41,156 bases of DNA from Parasitella parasitica NRRL 2501 (taxonomy: Eukaryota; Fungi; Mucoromycota). The DNA is taken from the NCBI GenBank assembly GCA_025201805.1, contig MU619356.1, forward strand, positions 58,883 to 100,038. The letters run 5' to 3'. The notes under the pieces are model-generated. The model made no database searches and was not told where the DNA came from. It saw nothing but the letters and a program-made list of their open reading frames with translations. This document shows positions 39,781-41,156 of this stretch, in pieces. How positions within the stretch are numbered: position 1 is the first letter of the stretch; each line of letters begins with the position of its first letter. The position numbers and the translations under genes are program-made.

Positions 39781-40743
39781 TTTTTTTTTACATCTATATA
39801 CACCTCTTTTTCAAATGTATGGCATACCTGCTTTATTTTATGTTTTTTGGCAATTTTTGAGAGACAATTCAAAGATTGATTTATTTGTTTTTTATTTTTA
39901 ATTAAAAAGCATCGTATATACTATAGTTTGAGATAATACATTGTCTACAACATCATTTACAGACAGAGAATTTTAGTTGGAACTTAAAAGGAAGTTTAAT
40001 TTGTGCAATAGATTACCAAAAAAGATTGCTATGTGTGTGCTCGAAAAAGAGACTCGAACACAGATGTAAATGAAGTGTGTCTAATTGCCTCTTATAGGTA
40101 TAATTATGTAAGTATGCCTCAAAATAAATCATAAAGCAAGAGAAAATCTTGTGTTTAAAGCTGAGCGATGTATTGAAACAAGTAAAATCCTGAATAAGAA
40201 AGCCGTATGTGCTGAATAATACCAAGAAGAGCAAAACGAAGGGTTTACCAGCTTTTCCATTTTCATTTTCCCGTCTCATTTCAACCTAAATGAACGTTGT
40301 AGTTATCAGACGATACTTGATTCGAGGCACAATATTTATTTAGATGCACACTTTCCACAGAGTTTTCATGATGTCTTCGGCAATTACTATTTAGCGTTAA
40401 CGTGGTAGAAGCAGAAGATTCAATTGTAAGCATAGTTGTTTTCAAACAGCAGTTGTTAACAAAAGTATTATTTTACTACTTGCTGCTTCCTGGAAGACAA
40501 TGATATTCATTGAACGACATTATCATTACAGGGATATTGCAACAGCTTTCCGAAAAAAAAAGACGGAGAAAATAGTGTATTTATGCTTCCATACAATAAT
40601 TGACGATGGTTTAATTTCGAACAACAACAAGAAGCGCTCAATATATGAATGGGTGAGATCTTGCATACGTAAGAGGAAGATGATTTCGAAGTGATGAACA
40701 TATTTAGTGTTTTATTAGTGTTTGGAATAAAGCACTAATCCAG

Positions 40744-41114
40744 TTAATCGTCTATAATGCCATCCACGTTTCCTTCCGTCAAAGTTGTGTCAGAAGCATG
40801 GAAATTCTGTTTCATTAACTTAATTTCTTTCTCTTTGAGCTGAGCAACATCTATTCTCATTTTGGCCAATTCAATTTGTTTTGCTCTTTCTACGGCCTGC
40901 ATAAGGTTTTCAGTCTCTTTGCGCAACATTTTGTTGAAATGTTTCTCAATTTTTTCAAGTCTAATAATAGTATATACATCAGCATCTATGTCGTTAATTA
41001 AAGAGGGAGCATTATAAGCTTACCTTTTGATATCTAGACGAAAATTATTTCTATGATACTTTTTGATTTTTTCAAGTGAATACGATTTGTTCATTGTATT
41101 TGCACCTAACTGTT
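40744..41114 (-). CDS. 3' exons of an unidentified coiled-coil protein (5' end probably outside the window)
   Basis: Exons ~41114-41024 and 40960-40744 join in frame via a GT-AG intron: ...NNFRLDIKR/LEKIEKHFNKMLRKETENLMQAVERAKQIELAK... Confidence 0.45.
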
Positions 41115-41156
41115 ACAATGGTTCCAAGCAGCATTGCTATTTCTTTTATATAACAA

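Overview
Eukaryotic, intron-rich, AT-rich draft scaffold with several N gaps. Gene structure and TE types point to a Mucorales-like (Mucoromycota) fungus, which is an inference. Left end (1-4.8 kb): decayed transposons, namely a Tc1/mariner transposase pseudogene with a TA|CAGTG terminus, a spliced Helitron Rep pseudogene and an unclassified relic. Core (5-29 kb): eight spliced genes: KGD1 (-), TAP42/alpha4 (+), APT1 (+), an orphan coiled-coil tail-anchored protein (+), DCAF7/WDR68 (-), a FYVE protein (+), a divergent transportin/KAP104 (+) and a cytochrome P450 (-). Right end (29-41 kb): gene-poor repeat zone with L1-like RT relics, an LTR-like cassette with two convergent TATA boxes, a ~30-bp higher-order tandem array, a chromovirus integrase/chromodomain fragment, a broken tRNA-like element and the 3' end of a coiled-coil gene. 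I see no clear-cut new multi-gene system. The best leads are the convergent-promoter cassette, the 30-bp array, the transportin lacking a conserved NLS-pocket Trp, and structured first introns.
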